Numbered from the stretch's first letter, positions 1 through 12,372 are shown. The stretch is DNA of 64,000 nucleotides from Myxococcales bacterium (GCA_037445065.1 JBBILD010000011.1:42633-106632), one strand, 5' to 3'. Program-made: numbers and translations. Notes: a model not told the origin generated them from the letters alone.

Positions 1-67
1 AGCGATGCGCATCGCCGCCTCCATCTGCGTGTACACCAACGACCACATCACTGTGGAGGTGCTGTAA
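1..67 (+). CDS. hslV: ATP-dependent protease subunit HslV, 3' end only (partial)
   Basis: Frame 2 reads AMRIAASICVYTNDHITVEVL*, matching the HslV C-terminal ICVYTN motif; lies directly upstream of hslU. Confidence 0.9.
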   Translation, partial: AMRIAASICVYTNDHITVEVL

Positions 68-160
68 GGGCGGGGCACCTGTGGCTCGACTTGCAGCAAC
101 GAAAACTTTTCCGGGGAGAACATTGCACCGGGCGGGCAAAGTGGTACCAACAAGCCACGT

Positions 161-1480
161 ATGGGTTCGATGACACCGCGCGAAATCGTCTCCGAGTTGG
201 ACCGCTACATCGTCGGGCAAGCCAAGGCGAAGCGGGCAGTCGCCATTGCCCTGCGCAACCGCTGGCGGCGGCTGCAGGTGCCGGAAGAGTTGCGCGACGA
301 GATCACACCGAAGAACATCATCATGATCGGTCCCACCGGAGTTGGGAAAACCGAGATTTCGCGCCGCTTAGCCAAGCTCGCGCAAGCACCGTTCATCAAA
401 GTAGAAGCATCGAAGTTCACCGAGATCGGATACGTGGGCCGCGATGTGGAGTCCATCATTCGCGATCTGACCGACCTGGCGGTGAAGATGGTCAAGGACG
501 AGGAACAAGAAAAAGTGAAGGTGCGAGCCCGCCAGTTAGCCGAGGAGCGGATCCTCGACATCTTGCTCCCAGGCTCCGCAGAGCGCGCCTATGAAACGGA
601 GGCTTCCACACGCGAGAAGTTTCGGCGCATGCTGCGGGAGGGCGACCTCGACGACCGCATGATCGAAATCGAAGTCACCAAGTCCGCCTTCCCGATGGTC
701 GAGGTATTTGCGCCACAGGGAATGGAGGGCATGGAGTCGCAACTCAAAGACCTGTTTTCCTCGATCGCCCCCAAGCAAACGCAGAAGGAGTACATGCGGA
801 TCGAGGATGCGCTCGAGTACCTGGCGGAGGAAGAGGTCAACAAACTCGTAGACATGGAATGGGTCACGAAAGAAGCCATTCGCAGGGTGGAAGAGACCGG
901 TATCGTGTTCATTGACGAAATTGACAAAATCGCCGGCGCGGAAAGTGGCACCGGTCCGGATGTGTCGCGGCGCGGGGTGCAGCGCGATTTGCTGCCACTG
1001 GTCGAAGGTTGCACGGTGAGCACAAAATACGGCATGGTGCGCACCGATCACATCTTGTTCATCGCGGCGGGTGCCTTTCACATGACCAAGCCGTCGGACC
1101 TCATCCCTGAATTCCAGGGGCGCTTTCCGATCCGGGTCGAACTGGAGCCTCTGACCAAGGAGGATTTTGTCCGGATCTTGACTGAGCCGCAAAACGCGAT
1201 CCTCAAGCAGTACACGGCGCTGCTTGCGACCGAAGGTGTGTCGTTGCGCTTCTTGCCGGAAGCCGTGGAGGAAATCGCGGCGATCGCCGTGCAGGTCAAC
1301 CAAACCGCCGAAGACATCGGTGCCCGCCGGCTTCACACCGTCGTCGAGCGCTTGCTGGAAAACCTTTCCTTCGACGCGCCTGACCGCAGTGGCGAAGAAG
1401 TGGTCATTGATGCCGCGTATGTGCGGCAGATGCTCGGCGACATTGTCAAAAATCAAGACTTGTCCCGTTACATCTTGTAG
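161..1480 (+). CDS. hslU: ATP-dependent protease ATPase subunit HslU
   Basis: [17 protein letters not shown] start, Walker [21 protein letters not shown] and C-terminal DLSRYIL. Confidence 0.98.
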   Translation: MGSMTPREIVSELDRYIVGQAKAKRAVAIALRNRWRRLQVPEELRDEITPKNIIMIGPTGVGKTEISRRLAKLAQAPFIKVEASKFTEIGYVGRDVESIIRDLTDLAVKMVKDEEQEKVKVRARQLAEERILDILLPGSAERAYETEASTREKFRRMLREGDLDDRMIEIEVTKSAFPMVEVFAPQGMEGMESQLKDLFSSIAPKQTQKEYMRIEDALEYLAEEEVNKLVDMEWVTKEAIRRVEETGIVFIDEIDKIAGAESGTGPDVSRRGVQRDLLPLVEGCTVSTKYGMVRTDHILFIAAGAFHMTKPSDLIPEFQGRFPIRVELEPLTKEDFVRILTEPQNAILKQYTALLATEGVSLRFLPEAVEEIAAIAVQVNQTAEDIGARRLHTVVERLLENLSFDAPDRSGEEVVIDAAYVRQMLGDIVKNQDLSRYIL

Positions 1481-2431
<951 letters not shown>

Positions 2432-2465
2432 CCAGCCAGTTTTCTCCGCAACGATTGGGCTCGCC

Positions 2466-3650
2466 ATGACGAGTCGCGAAGTCATTGCTCGCAACGAGCG
2501 GTATTTGTTCCCGGTTTACCCGCGCGCGCCTCTGGTGCTGGTGCGCGGCGAGGGTTGCCGCGTCTGGGATGCGGACGGGAAAGAGTATCTGGACTTCTTC
2601 TCGAGCACGGTGGTGACCAACCTGGGCCACGCCCACCCGCGCGTCACCGCAGCGCTTTACGAGCAGGCGCGCAAGATTCTGCACGTTTCCAATTTGCACC
2701 ACAGTGTCCCGCAAGGGGAACTGGCCGAGTTGTTGTGCACGCACTCGTTTGCCGATCGGGTTTTTCTCTGCAACAGCGGCGCCGAGGCCAACGAGGCGGC
2801 GATCAAACTGGCGCGGCGTTTTGGCGCCGAGAAGCGAAACGGCCGTTTCGAAATCATTACCATGTACAACTCGTTCCACGGCCGCACCTTGGCGACCCTC
2901 ACGGCCACCGGGCAGGAGAAAGTGCGGATCGGGTTCGAGCCGCTCCCCGCGGGCTTTCGCTACGTGCCGTTCAACGACTTTGCGGCCTTGGAGGCTACCG
3001 CCAGCGAGAAAACCGTGGCGGTGATGCTGGAGGTCGTGCAGGCCGAGGGTGGCATTGTGGTTGCCGACCCGGACTACCTGCAGGCGGTCCGCCGCTGGTG
3101 TGATGAGCGCGGGGTGTTGTTGATTTTCGACGAGGTGCAAACCGGGGCAGGGCGCCTGGGCAAGTTGTGGGGATACGAGACCTTCGGAGTCGAGCCAGAT
3201 ATCCTCACCGCGGCTAAAGGCCTTGGAAACGGCGTTCCCATTGGCGCCATGCTGGCTCGCCAAGAGGTGGCGGAGGTGTTTGCGCTAGGCGCGCACGGCT
3301 CGACCTTTGGCGGCAATGCCCTGGCTTGTGCCGCCGCGGTAGCCACCGTGCGCTCGTTGCTCGAAGACGGTGTCTTGGCGCATGCGGAGCAGCAAGGACA
3401 CTACCTGCAGGAGCGGCTGGCGGAGCTGCAGGAACGTTGCCGGCGCATCCGAGCGGTGCGGGGGCGCGGCTTGTTGTGGGGACTGGAGCTGGATGGTCCG
3501 GGAGCCTTCGCCGTAGATGCGGCCCGCGACCGCGGGCTCATCATCAATTGCACCGCGGAGCGCGTGCTGCGCTTGGCCCCGCCGCTGATTGTGGCTCGCG
3601 CAGAGATTGACCAGGCTGTAGAGGTGCTTGCCGAGGTGCTGATCGGATGA
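2466..3650 (+). CDS. argD: Acetylornithine aminotransferase (class III PLP enzyme)
   Basis: NSGAEANEAAIK, SFHGRT, DEVQTG, AKGLGNG, HGSTFGGN; sits between argB and argF; start moved to ATG 2466. Confidence 0.93.
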   Translation: MTSREVIARNERYLFPVYPRAPLVLVRGEGCRVWDADGKEYLDFFSSTVVTNLGHAHPRVTAALYEQARKILHVSNLHHSVPQGELAELLCTHSFADRVFLCNSGAEANEAAIKLARRFGAEKRNGRFEIITMYNSFHGRTLATLTATGQEKVRIGFEPLPAGFRYVPFNDFAALEATASEKTVAVMLEVVQAEGGIVVADPDYLQAVRRWCDERGVLLIFDEVQTGAGRLGKLWGYETFGVEPDILTAAKGLGNGVPIGAMLARQEVAEVFALGAHGSTFGGNALACAAAVATVRSLLEDGVLAHAEQQGHYLQERLAELQERCRRIRAVRGRGLLWGLELDGPGAFAVDAARDRGLIINCTAERVLRLAPPLIVARAEIDQAVEVLAEVLIG

Positions 3651-4603
3651 AACGAGACTTCTTGTCGCTGCTCGATTTCGACCGCGGCGAACTGGAAGAA
3701 ATGCTCGCCTTGGCCGCTGAACTCAAGCGCAAGTGGCAGCAGGGAAAAGCGCACAGTCTGCTCAAAGGGCGCGTGCTGGCCATGATTTTCGAGAAGCCGA
3801 GCTTGCGCACGCGCGTAACCTTCGAGACCGGTATGTTTCAGTTGGGCGGGTATGCGGTCTGCTTGACCCCGAGCGACATCCGCCTCGGCGAGCGAGAAAC
3901 CGTGGCCGATGCAGCCCGCAATTTGGAGCGGTGGGTGGACGCCATCATGGCCCGCACCTACGCCCACGAGACGTTGGAGGAACTCGCACGGCACGCACGC
4001 GTGCCGGTGATCAATGGCCTCTCGGATCGCCTCCACCCCTGCCAGGTGCTGGCCGACTGTTTCACCCTGCGCGAGAAGGGCCGCTCACTCGAGGGCTTGC
4101 GCATCGCGTTCGTGGGAGATGGCAACAACATGGCCCACTCGTGGATGAACGCTGCGGCTCGCTTCGGGTTCGATTTTGTGCTGGCTTGCCCGCAGGGGTA
4201 CGATCCCGACCCAGCGATCGTCGAGCGGGCGCGCGCCGAGGGGGCACGCATCGAGATCCTGCGCGATCCGGCGCAAGCCGTGCGTGACGCAGATGTGGTA
4301 TACACGGACACCTGGACCAGTATGGGACAAGAGGCAGAGGCAGTGGTGCGGCGGCAAGCGTTTGCGGAGTTCCAGGTCAACGAGCCGCTCGTTGCCTTGG
4401 CGCGGCCGGACGCTTTGGTGATGCATTGCTTGCCTGCCCACCGTGGGGAGGAGATTACGGACGCGGTGCTCGACAGCCCTCGTTCGATCGTGTTCGACCA
4501 GGCGGAAAATCGCCTGCACGTGCAGAAAGCGATTCTGGTGTGGCTGCTCCGCCGCCATCCGCAGCGACGGGGCGGGCAAGCGAGCAAAGCGAACAATCGG
4601 TGA
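3647..4603 (+). CDS. argF: Ornithine carbamoyltransferase
   Basis: KPSLRTR, HPCQ, DTWTSMG and MHCLP motifs; ATGA overlap with argD. Confidence 0.97.
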   Translation: MKRDFLSLLDFDRGELEEMLALAAELKRKWQQGKAHSLLKGRVLAMIFEKPSLRTRVTFETGMFQLGGYAVCLTPSDIRLGERETVADAARNLERWVDAIMARTYAHETLEELARHARVPVINGLSDRLHPCQVLADCFTLREKGRSLEGLRIAFVGDGNNMAHSWMNAAARFGFDFVLACPQGYDPDPAIVERARAEGARIEILRDPAQAVRDADVVYTDTWTSMGQEAEAVVRRQAFAEFQVNEPLVALARPDALVMHCLPAHRGEEITDAVLDSPRSIVFDQAENRLHVQKAILVWLLRRHPQRRGGQASKANNR

Positions 4604-4620
4604 TCTCCGAGGAAAGACGC

Positions 4621-5826
4621 ATGAATCAGCCGAGAAAAGTCGTATTGGCATACTCCGGTGGGCTCGACACGTCGGTGATCCTGCGCTGGCTCATCGACAC
4701 GTACGGATGCGAGGTGTTGGCGTTTTGTGCCGATTTGGGGCAGGGCGAAGAACTCGCCCCTGTTGAAGAAAAGGCAAGGCGGACCGGGGCGAGCAAAGTC
4801 TACATCGAAGACCTGCGCGAGGAGTTCGTACGCGATTTCGTGTTCCCCATGTTGCGCGCCAACGCAGTCTACGAAGGCGGCTACCTGCTCGGGACCTCGA
4901 TAGCGCGCCCGCTCATCGCCAAGCGACAAATCGAGATCGCTACCCGCGAGGGCGCGGATGCGGTGGCTCACGGGGCTACTGGGAAGGGCAACGATCAGGT
5001 TCGGTTCGAGTTGACCTACTATGCCCTGCGCCCGGACATTCAGGTGATTGCTCCTTGGCGCGTGTGGGAGCTGACCTCGCGCTCGAAACTGATCGAATTT
5101 GCCGAGCGGCACCGAATCCCGGTTCCGGTTACGGTTGAGAAGCCGTACAGTACAGACCGCAACTTGTTCCATATCAGCTACGAAGGGGGCATTCTGGAAG
5201 ACCCGTGGCGCGAGCCGTACGAGGATATGTTCCAACTCACGGTGGCGCCGGAGCGCGCTCCCGATCAGCCTGAGTACGTGGAAATCGAGTACGAACGGGG
5301 AAACCCGGTAGCGGTGAACGGCGAGCGGCTCACGCCCGCCGGGCTGCTAGCGCGGCTCAACGAAATCGGCGGCCGCCATGGGATTGGCCGCGTTGACATC
5401 GTGGAAAACCGGTACGTCGGCATGAAATCGCGCGGGGTGTACGAAACACCGGGGGGTACGCTCCTGCACCTCGCCCATCGGGCGGTGGAATCGCTGACCT
5501 TGGATCGGGAGGTGCTGCACCTGCGCGACAGCTTGATTCCGCGATACGCCGAGATGGTGTACTACGGGTACTGGTTTGCTCCTGAACGCGAGGCGCTTCA
5601 GGCTCTGATCGACCAGGCGCAAGAGGCGGTCACGGGTACGGCCCGCCTCAAACTGTACAAGGGCTCGGCCGTCGTCGTGGGAAGAAAGTCGCCGCATTCC
5701 TTGTACCGGCCCGACATCGCGACCTTTGAGGCGGGCTCTGGCTACCGTCAAGCCGACGCCGAAGGCTTCATCCGCCTCAACGCACTGCGCTTGCGAATCG
5801 CGGGGCAGCGCCGCACCGATCCTTGA
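4621..5826 (+). CDS. argG: Argininosuccinate synthase
   Basis: [33 protein letters not shown]; start moved to ATG 4621. Confidence 0.97.
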   Translation: MNQPRKVVLAYSGGLDTSVILRWLIDTYGCEVLAFCADLGQGEELAPVEEKARRTGASKVYIEDLREEFVRDFVFPMLRANAVYEGGYLLGTSIARPLIAKRQIEIATREGADAVAHGATGKGNDQVRFELTYYALRPDIQVIAPWRVWELTSRSKLIEFAERHRIPVPVTVEKPYSTDRNLFHISYEGGILEDPWREPYEDMFQLTVAPERAPDQPEYVEIEYERGNPVAVNGERLTPAGLLARLNEIGGRHGIGRVDIVENRYVGMKSRGVYETPGGTLLHLAHRAVESLTLDREVLHLRDSLIPRYAEMVYYGYWFAPEREALQALIDQAQEAVTGTARLKLYKGSAVVVGRKSPHSLYRPDIATFEAGSGYRQADAEGFIRLNALRLRIAGQRRTDP

Positions 5827-5841
5827 CTCCGTTCCCCCGAT

Positions 5842-6900
5842 ATGAAGGTTGGGATTGCTGGTTTTCCTCGCAGCGGAAAGACCACGCTGTTCGCAGCGCT
5901 CACCGGGCAGGAGGTCGAGCCGGGCAAGTTCGGCGAGGTGGGCGCTCTCCGGCTGGGAACGATCAAGGTGCCCGATGCACGTGTGGACGAATTGGCGCGC
6001 CGTTTTCGCCCGCGCAAAGTGACGTACGCTGAGATCGTCTTCGCTGACTTCCCTGCGCCGGCAATGCACGGCGAGGACAAGCCGCATGCGCTCGACGCCA
6101 CCACCATTACGCACATGCGCGACGTGGATGCGTTGGTGCAGGTGGTGCGGGGCTTCCCCGATCCGCTCACGGCCGAGCCACCGCGGCCGCTTGCCGATCT
6201 CGAGGCGTTCAAGGGAGAACTCATTCTCAACGACCTTGCCATCGTGGAGCGGCGCTTGGAGCGGCTCAAAAAAGAAAAAGGCCGAGAGCGCGAGCGCGCT
6301 TTGCTGGAACGGTGCCGGGCCGCGCTGGAGCAGGAAGTCGCCTTGCGCCGTCTGGAATTCGCGCCCGAAGAAGCCACTAGCTTGGCGGGCTTCGCCTTCT
6401 TGTCCCGGCGGCCGTTGATGGTGGTGTGGAACGTGAGCGAATCCTCGGCCGGTGCGCCGATGCCCCCTGACATGCAGCAGTGGCTCGAGCGGGAGCAACT
6501 GCAGGGGTTGGTCCTGGCCGGCAAAATCGAAATGGAGATTGCTCAGCTTGCGGAGGCAGACCGTGCCGCGTTTCTGGCCGACCTGGGCGTGGAGAGTTCG
6601 GCGCGAGACCGCTTCATCCGCGCTGCCTATGGGCTGCTCGATTTGATCAGTTTTCTGACTGCCGGAGAGGATGAAGTACGAGCCTGGACCATTCGGCGTG
6701 GTACCGCTGCCGTCAAAGCCGCGGGCAAGATCCACAGCGACATCGAGCGTGGCTTTATCCGAGCGGAAGTGCTGGCCTTCGAAGATTTCGTTGCGTTTGG
6801 AAGCGAAGCAAAAGCGCGCGAAGCAGGTCGCTTGCGCTTAGAGGGTAAAGACTACGTCGTGCGCGACGGCGACATCATCCACTTTCGCTTTCACGTTTGA
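5842..6900 (+). CDS. ychF: YchF/OLA1-family P-loop ATPase (DUF933/TGS C-terminus)
   Basis: GFPRSGKTT P-loop, VPDARVD, EVRAWTI, AGKIHSDIERGFIRAEV, EGKDYVVRDGD. Confidence 0.88.
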   Translation: MKVGIAGFPRSGKTTLFAALTGQEVEPGKFGEVGALRLGTIKVPDARVDELARRFRPRKVTYAEIVFADFPAPAMHGEDKPHALDATTITHMRDVDALVQVVRGFPDPLTAEPPRPLADLEAFKGELILNDLAIVERRLERLKKEKGRERERALLERCRAALEQEVALRRLEFAPEEATSLAGFAFLSRRPLMVVWNVSESSAGAPMPPDMQQWLEREQLQGLVLAGKIEMEIAQLAEADRAAFLADLGVESSARDRFIRAAYGLLDLISFLTAGEDEVRAWTIRRGTAAVKAAGKIHSDIERGFIRAEVLAFEDFVAFGSEAKAREAGRLRLEGKDYVVRDGDIIHFRFHV

Positions 6901-6997
6901 GGCGGTTTGGCTCACCCGGTGGGCTGCGGTCTCTCCCTCCCCATTGCCGGGTACGAGCCGGCAACCTCTCCCGTCGCGACCCAATCGTGCATGCGGC

Positions 6998-8554
6998 TTA
7001 CGCCGAGCGCTGCTTTTTCCGGTACGGCGCGCCCGCCGCAGTGAGGAACATGACGCTCCTTCCAGCTGCATGCGGGGAGAAAAACTGTACGACGTCGTCG
7101 TCGAAGAAGGTGAGTCCGGTGGCGCCGATTCCCATGCTGAAAGCCGCCAGGTAGATTTTTCCGCCGGCAATCCCGCCTTCGAGCTGGGCGGCTCGGTAAC
7201 CACGATTACCAAAAGCGGGGAGGATCCGGTGGAGGTCGGCTAGGTGGTACACATTGAGCGCAGCGTCTGCGGCCAATGCCTGGCCGAGCGCGAGCTGGCC
7301 CGCAACGGTCCGGAAAGAGCCTGACCGCAACGAATGTACTGCCAGCGGTGCGCGCTGGAGGAAGTAACCCCCCGGCGCGACTCCCTCGACCGCGTGAACA
7401 ATGAGGTAGGGATCGGTCAGTGGGATACGCTGCTGAAAGTCGGCGGGAATGCGAGTGGTCGCGGCGCGGAGCACAGCATTCCAGGCCTGCGGCGAAATGG
7501 CATCTCGCGAGAAACGCCGGGTCGAGCCGCGGCGGAGAATCACTGCTTCGATGGGATCGGCCGGCATCCGGGGAAGTTCGGGGAGGAGATTCGCGGCTGC
7601 CGCGGGTGTTACCGGCGGCGGTGTCGGGGTCGGTCCGGTACGCGCCGCCTGCTGCCAGCGCTCGACGTCCGCAGCCGTTTCCAGGCTGGAGGCAGCATGC
7701 ATGCGCGTGATTTCGGGGAACTCGATTTCTTTGCGGGACACAGGTTGCACCTTCGGATGCAGCGCTGCCAACGAAGGTGAGGGTGGGGGTTCGCTCTCTT
7801 GGTGCCCCAAGCCCACGATCGCAAGTGCTGCTTCCTGCCGCGGGTCTACGGCGAGCAAGTGGTTGATGGTGCTGTCGATAAATCCGAGGACCAGCGCGTA
7901 CCGCAAACCAGTGGCAGCCGCCAGCGCAAACAAATTGGCGAGCAGCGTACCACAGTCCCAATAGGCGTGTCGGTAGGCGCGTTCCCGGTACTTCCAGGCA
8001 TTTCGCCAAAACGTGCTGGTGCACACGATCAACACAGGGGAGTTGGCCAGGGCGGGCACTTGCCCGGCTGCTTCCAGCACGTAACGGCGGAAGTCTCCGG
8101 AACGGAGTTGGCGCAGGGCGAAGTCATGAGGTCCGAAGTGGTAGAGTCCTGCTTCCAGATCCGGAAGGCGCCCGCACACGAGGTAGAGGTCAATATGATG
8201 CAGGTTCCCCGTGCAGGCAGCGGCGCGGTAAGCGATCGTCAGCTCGCCGTATTGGCGGACCCGTACCACCCCGGCAGTGAAAAACAACAGCCGGGCAAGG
8301 GCGCGGCGGTCTAAGCGCACGCCCTGCTGCCAGGAGTTGCCGTCGTGCAAAACGGCCGCGAGCGCCGGGGTGCGAGACGTTTCCCAGTCGGTCGGAAGCG
8401 CCTCTGCGGGCAGGCCCTCATAGATTTTGAACGGGAGCGGGTAGTTGTCCCAGTCCAGGCGGTGGGGCGAACGTTGGATACTTTCCCAAGAATGACTGGT
8501 GACTCGATGGTAGTGCCAGCCGGCCTGGGTTTGCCAATTCGCCGTCTCGCTCAT
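6998..8554 (-). CDS. SagB/ThcOx-family double-domain nitroreductase-like FMN dehydrogenase
   Basis: Two nitroreductase-like halves (RNAWKYRERAYRH; RRGSTRRF, RGYRAAQLEGG, GATGLTFFDD); start taken at MSETANW. Confidence 0.8.
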   Translation of the reverse strand: MSETANWQTQAGWHYHRVTSHSWESIQRSPHRLDWDNYPLPFKIYEGLPAEALPTDWETSRTPALAAVLHDGNSWQQGVRLDRRALARLLFFTAGVVRVRQYGELTIAYRAAACTGNLHHIDLYLVCGRLPDLEAGLYHFGPHDFALRQLRSGDFRRYVLEAAGQVPALANSPVLIVCTSTFWRNAWKYRERAYRHAYWDCGTLLANLFALAAATGLRYALVLGFIDSTINHLLAVDPRQEAALAIVGLGHQESEPPPSPSLAALHPKVQPVSRKEIEFPEITRMHAASSLETAADVERWQQAARTGPTPTPPPVTPAAAANLLPELPRMPADPIEAVILRRGSTRRFSRDAISPQAWNAVLRAATTRIPADFQQRIPLTDPYLIVHAVEGVAPGGYFLQRAPLAVHSLRSGSFRTVAGQLALGQALAADAALNVYHLADLHRILPAFGNRGYRAAQLEGGIAGGKIYLAAFSMGIGATGLTFFDDDVVQFFSPHAAGRSVMFLTAAGAPYRKKQRSA

Positions 8555-8693
8555 GCTCGGCTGCGTAGCCTTCGTCGAGAGCTTGTCCAACACCGGGCGC
8601 AGGGAGCCATTGGCTGTTAGCGCCCTGGCGAGCGGAAAAAGCCGATGCAAGCCGCGAATCCTTGGGATAAGTAAGGCAACAAAACGGATCGCA

Positions 8694-8975
8694 ATGCCCA
8701 TGGAAGAGCCACCGGCACGAAGTTGTGCGTATTGTGGCCGTCTAGTGCGCGGCACGCTGCACTGGCGCGATACGTACCGTGTCGGCTTTCACTTTTTATA
8801 TACGGGCGAGGTGGAGAGAGAACGCATGGCGGCGGATGACTACGGGGAACCGCGGTTCCTGGTCCGATTGTTGCGCCCGCGCGTGGTGTACGCCTGCCTC
8901 GACTGTTACGCGCGCCCGGACGTGCAGCGCTATTGGGACCAGTGGGAGAGCGGGCTGCAGCCTGTAGAAGAGTAG
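8694..8975 (+). CDS. Small hypothetical protein with two CxxC pairs (possible Zn ribbon)
   Basis: CAYC and CLDC motifs; 12 bp upstream of the MEMO gene on the same strand. Confidence 0.6.
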   Translation: MPMEEPPARSCAYCGRLVRGTLHWRDTYRVGFHFLYTGEVERERMAADDYGEPRFLVRLLRPRVVYACLDCYARPDVQRYWDQWESGLQPVEE

Positions 8976-8987
8976 GGGAGGCAGCGC

Positions 8988-9848
8988 ATGCGCATCCACG
9001 ATGCCGGCCTTGCCGGCCGGTGGTATCCGGGAGACCCTGGTGGCTTGCGGGCCGAGGTGACCCGCATGTTGGCGGCGGTGCGGCGCACCATGCTCGAGCG
9101 GCCACGGGCGCTAGTCGTTCCGCATGCGGGCTACATGTACTCGGGACGGGTGGCAGCTCATGCTTACGCGTTGCTGCAAGGAGTTCCCTTCCGCCGCGTC
9201 CTCCTGCTCGCTCCCAGCCACTATGCGAGCTTTCGCGGCGCGGCGACCCTGAACTTCGATGCGTTTCGGACCCCGCTCGGCTTGGTGAGGATCGAGCGCG
9301 AGTCGGAAGAGGAGCTGCGCCGCTGCCGGCTCGTACGGGACTTCGAGGAGGCATACGAGTCCGAGCACTCGCTGGAGATCCAGTTGCCGTTTTTGCAGGT
9401 GGCGTTGCCCGATGTGCCGGTGGTCCCGCTACTGATCGGCCGTCTGAGCCGGGACGACGTGGTCGAATTCGCCGCCTCTCTGCGGCCGTGGTACGAGCCA
9501 GAAACTCTCATCGTGGTGAGCTCCGACTTTACGCACTATGGCGCGCGTTTCGACTACTTGCCGTTCCCACCGCGCGATGCGGCTAGCGTGCAAGCACGGC
9601 TGCACGAGCTGGATGCGGGCGCACTGGCGGCCGTTTGCGCGGGGGACGTGGACGCGCTCGACCGCTACATCGACAGCACAGGAGCCACCATTTGCGGGCG
9701 TTACCCGTTGCTCGCCTTCCTTGCCTTGCATCGGCGGCGCAGTGAAGGACGCTTACTGTGCTACGCCACCTCGCTGGAGGTCACGGGCGACTTCGAGCAC
9801 GTGGTGAGTTACGCCGCGGTCGCTTTTCCCGAGCCGGAAGCGGTTTGA
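8988..9848 (+). CDS. AmmeMemoRadiSam system protein B (MEMO1 family)
   Basis: AGRWYP, PHAGYMYSG, PSH, EHSLEIQLPFLQ, SSDFTHYG, TICG and VSYAA motifs; GGAGG ribosome-binding site. Confidence 0.92.
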   Translation: MRIHDAGLAGRWYPGDPGGLRAEVTRMLAAVRRTMLERPRALVVPHAGYMYSGRVAAHAYALLQGVPFRRVLLLAPSHYASFRGAATLNFDAFRTPLGLVRIERESEEELRRCRLVRDFEEAYESEHSLEIQLPFLQVALPDVPVVPLLIGRLSRDDVVEFAASLRPWYEPETLIVVSSDFTHYGARFDYLPFPPRDAASVQARLHELDAGALAAVCAGDVDALDRYIDSTGATICGRYPLLAFLALHRRRSEGRLLCYATSLEVTGDFEHVVSYAAVAFPEPEAV

Positions 9849-9942
9849 CGCTCCTCTCGGTGCAGCTCCGTGGGCACATTCGTGGAGCGGCGCTGTCTGG
9901 TGCACCTCGGGCGTCTGCGATATACGGCAGGCACACGGAGGT

Positions 9943-12348
9943 ATGGCGCAAACGGCTCAAGCTCGACGGCCGGTCCGGGCACGTGCTCGGGCCGGGCTCA
10001 GGTTGCTGGAAGAGATCGGAACGATCGTTACCCAGTCGCTCGACTTGCGCCGGAGCGCGCAGGGGATCGTGGAGGCAATTGCGCAGCACATGGGAATGGA
10101 GGTGTGCTCCATTTACGTGCTGGACCGCGAGAATCATCGCCTCCAGTTGTGGGCCACCACGGGGTTGGACCCAGACTCTGTCGGCAAGGTGTCCATGGCC
10201 GTGGATGAAGGGCTGACCGGAATCGCGGTGCAAAAGCTCGAGCCCGTCATGGCCATCGATGCCCTTGTTCACCCGCGGTACAAGTATTTTCCAGAGACTG
10301 GGGAAGAGCGATACCACTCCTTTCTCGGTGTCCCCGTGGTGGATCGGGGCGAGCCAGTGGGGGTGCTCGTGGTGCAAACCTCGCGGCGGCGACGGTTTAC
10401 GCTACCCGAGGTGCGGCTGCTCAAGGCCATTGCCGTGCCTGTGGCGGGGATCTTGGCGCAGGTGCAACTGCAAGACACCCTGGCACTCAAAGAGGCCGAG
10501 CGGCGCGCAATGCAGGAGCAGATGGATGATGCCATCTCGCGGCTGCGTCACTTCGAACAGCTCAGCGCGCCGCGCACCGTGCGCCGCGCCGACGACGAAC
10601 CGTTGCGTCTGACCGGATTGGGTGCTGCGCCGGGCTACGGAATCGGCCGGGCGCACTTGTTGCAATCGAGCGTGAGCTTTACCTCGCGCCCGCGCGAGCG
10701 GCACTTGCCAACGCGGCGGGAGCTAGCGCGAGTCAAAAAAGCGATCGCCCAGGCAGCCGAGGAACTCGAGCGCAACAAGCAGCGCGTAGCCGCGAACGTG
10801 CCGGAACTCGACGCCTCGATTTTCGATGCCCAGCGCTTGATGTTGTTCGATGCCGAGTTCCAGACCCGGGTGGAGGCGGCGATCCGCGAGGGCCTCTCCG
10901 CGGAGTGGGCGGTCGGGGAAGCGGTGGAACAGTTGGTGCGTCGCTTCAGCGAACTCGGCGACGCGTACCTGCAAGATCGCGCTTCCGACGTGCGAGACAT
11001 CGGCCAGCTTGTGCTGCGCTACTTGTTGGGACAGCAGGAGCGGTTTCCGGTGTTTGCCTCGAACGTCGTGTTCGTGGCCAACGAAATCGCACTGGCCGAC
11101 CTGGCGCGCGTTCAGCAGGAGGGGCTCAAAGGCCTGGTGCTGGCCAGTGGTGGCGTGACTTCCCATGCGGCGATTCTGGCTCGGACGCTCGAGATTCCAA
11201 CCGTGGTCGGCGTGGAAAGAGTGGAGGAACTCATCCGCGAGGGCGACCACCTGATCGTGGATGGCAACGCCGGGGTGGTGTTTGTGAATCCGACCGCCGA
11301 AGTGGTACGAGAATACGAGCGGCTCGGTCGGGAGCAGGCCGCGTTCAGCCGCGACTTGGAGGCGCTGAGAGATCTTCCGGCGGAAACGCCGGATGGACAC
11401 CGGATCCACCTGTGGGCCAATATCGGCTTGCTCGGAGACCTGACCTGGTTGAATCGGTACGGAGCCGAGGGGGTAGGGTTGTACCGGACCGAAGTGGCTT
11501 TCCTGTCTCACCGCGATTTCCTGACCGAGGAGGAGCAGTTCGAAATTTACCGGCGCATCCTCACCGGGCTCGCTGGCAAGCCGCTCACCATTCGTACCTT
11601 GGATCTGGGGGCGGACAAGTACCCGCGTTACTTGCACATTCCGCGCGAGGACAACCCCTTTCTCGGCTGGCGCTCGATCCGCATCTCTCTGGAAATGCCC
11701 GAGATTTTCAAGCAGCAGTTGCGTGCTGTCTTGCGCGCCAGTGTGTACGGACCACTGCGCCTCATGTTTCCCATGATCTCGAGTGTGGAAGAGATTCGCC
11801 GCGCCAAGGAGATTCTGGCCAGCGCGCAGGAGGATCTTGAACAGCGCGGCGAGAGTTACGACCCGCAGATCCCGCTGGGCATCATGGTTGAGGTGCCGGC
11901 CGCCGTGTACTTGGCGCCGCACCTGGTTCGCGAGGTGGACTTCGTCAGCATTGGTACCAACGACCTGATCCAATACGTGCTGGCGGTGGACCGCAACAAT
12001 CGGAAAATCGGGGACTTGTACGAACCCCTCCACCCAGCGGTGTTGCAGGCAATCGCCAATGTAATCCACGCGGCGCGCAGCGCTGGAAAGCAAGTCTCCT
12101 TGTGCGGTGAAATGGCAGCGGACCCAATGTGTGCGGTCGTGCTGACCGGCTTAGGCCTCGAAGATTTGAGCATGACGCCGTTTTTCATTCCGCTGATCAA
12201 GCGGCTTGTCCGCTCGTTGCCGTTCGAGCAGGCACAGGCCATCGCCGAGGAAGTCTTGCGGATGGCGACCGTAAAGGAAGTCAAGGGCTTCTTGTTCGAG
12301 GCCATGCGCGATCTGCAGTTGATCGACCTGGTCGAGGTGTATCACTGA
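9943..12348 (+). CDS. ptsP: GAF-domain phosphoenolpyruvate-protein phosphotransferase (Enzyme I-Ntr type)
   Basis: N-terminal GAF domain (FPETGEERYHSFLGVP), phospho-His motif GGVTSHAAIL, GLYRTE, EDNPFLGWR, SIGTNDLIQY, CGEMA. Confidence 0.93.
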   Translation: MAQTAQARRPVRARARAGLRLLEEIGTIVTQSLDLRRSAQGIVEAIAQHMGMEVCSIYVLDRENHRLQLWATTGLDPDSVGKVSMAVDEGLTGIAVQKLEPVMAIDALVHPRYKYFPETGEERYHSFLGVPVVDRGEPVGVLVVQTSRRRRFTLPEVRLLKAIAVPVAGILAQVQLQDTLALKEAERRAMQEQMDDAISRLRHFEQLSAPRTVRRADDEPLRLTGLGAAPGYGIGRAHLLQSSVSFTSRPRERHLPTRRELARVKKAIAQAAEELERNKQRVAANVPELDASIFDAQRLMLFDAEFQTRVEAAIREGLSAEWAVGEAVEQLVRRFSELGDAYLQDRASDVRDIGQLVLRYLLGQQERFPVFASNVVFVANEIALADLARVQQEGLKGLVLASGGVTSHAAILARTLEIPTVVGVERVEELIREGDHLIVDGNAGVVFVNPTAEVVREYERLGREQAAFSRDLEALRDLPAETPDGHRIHLWANIGLLGDLTWLNRYGAEGVGLYRTEVAFLSHRDFLTEEEQFEIYRRILTGLAGKPLTIRTLDLGADKYPRYLHIPREDNPFLGWRSIRISLEMPEIFKQQLRAVLRASVYGPLRLMFPMISSVEEIRRAKEILASAQEDLEQRGESYDPQIPLGIMVEVPAAVYLAPHLVREVDFVSIGTNDLIQYVLAVDRNNRKIGDLYEPLHPAVLQAIANVIHAARSAGKQVSLCGEMAADPMCAVVLTGLGLEDLSMTPFFIPLIKRLVRSLPFEQAQAIAEEVLRMATVKEVKGFLFEAMRDLQLIDLVEVYH

Positions 12349-12372
12349 ACGAGGAGAGGAGGCGCTGCGGTG

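Noticed and set aside
6998..8975. Possible azole-containing RiPP cluster around the SagB-like gene
   Set aside because: No YcaO cyclodehydratase, transporter or Cys/Ser/Thr-rich precursor nearby
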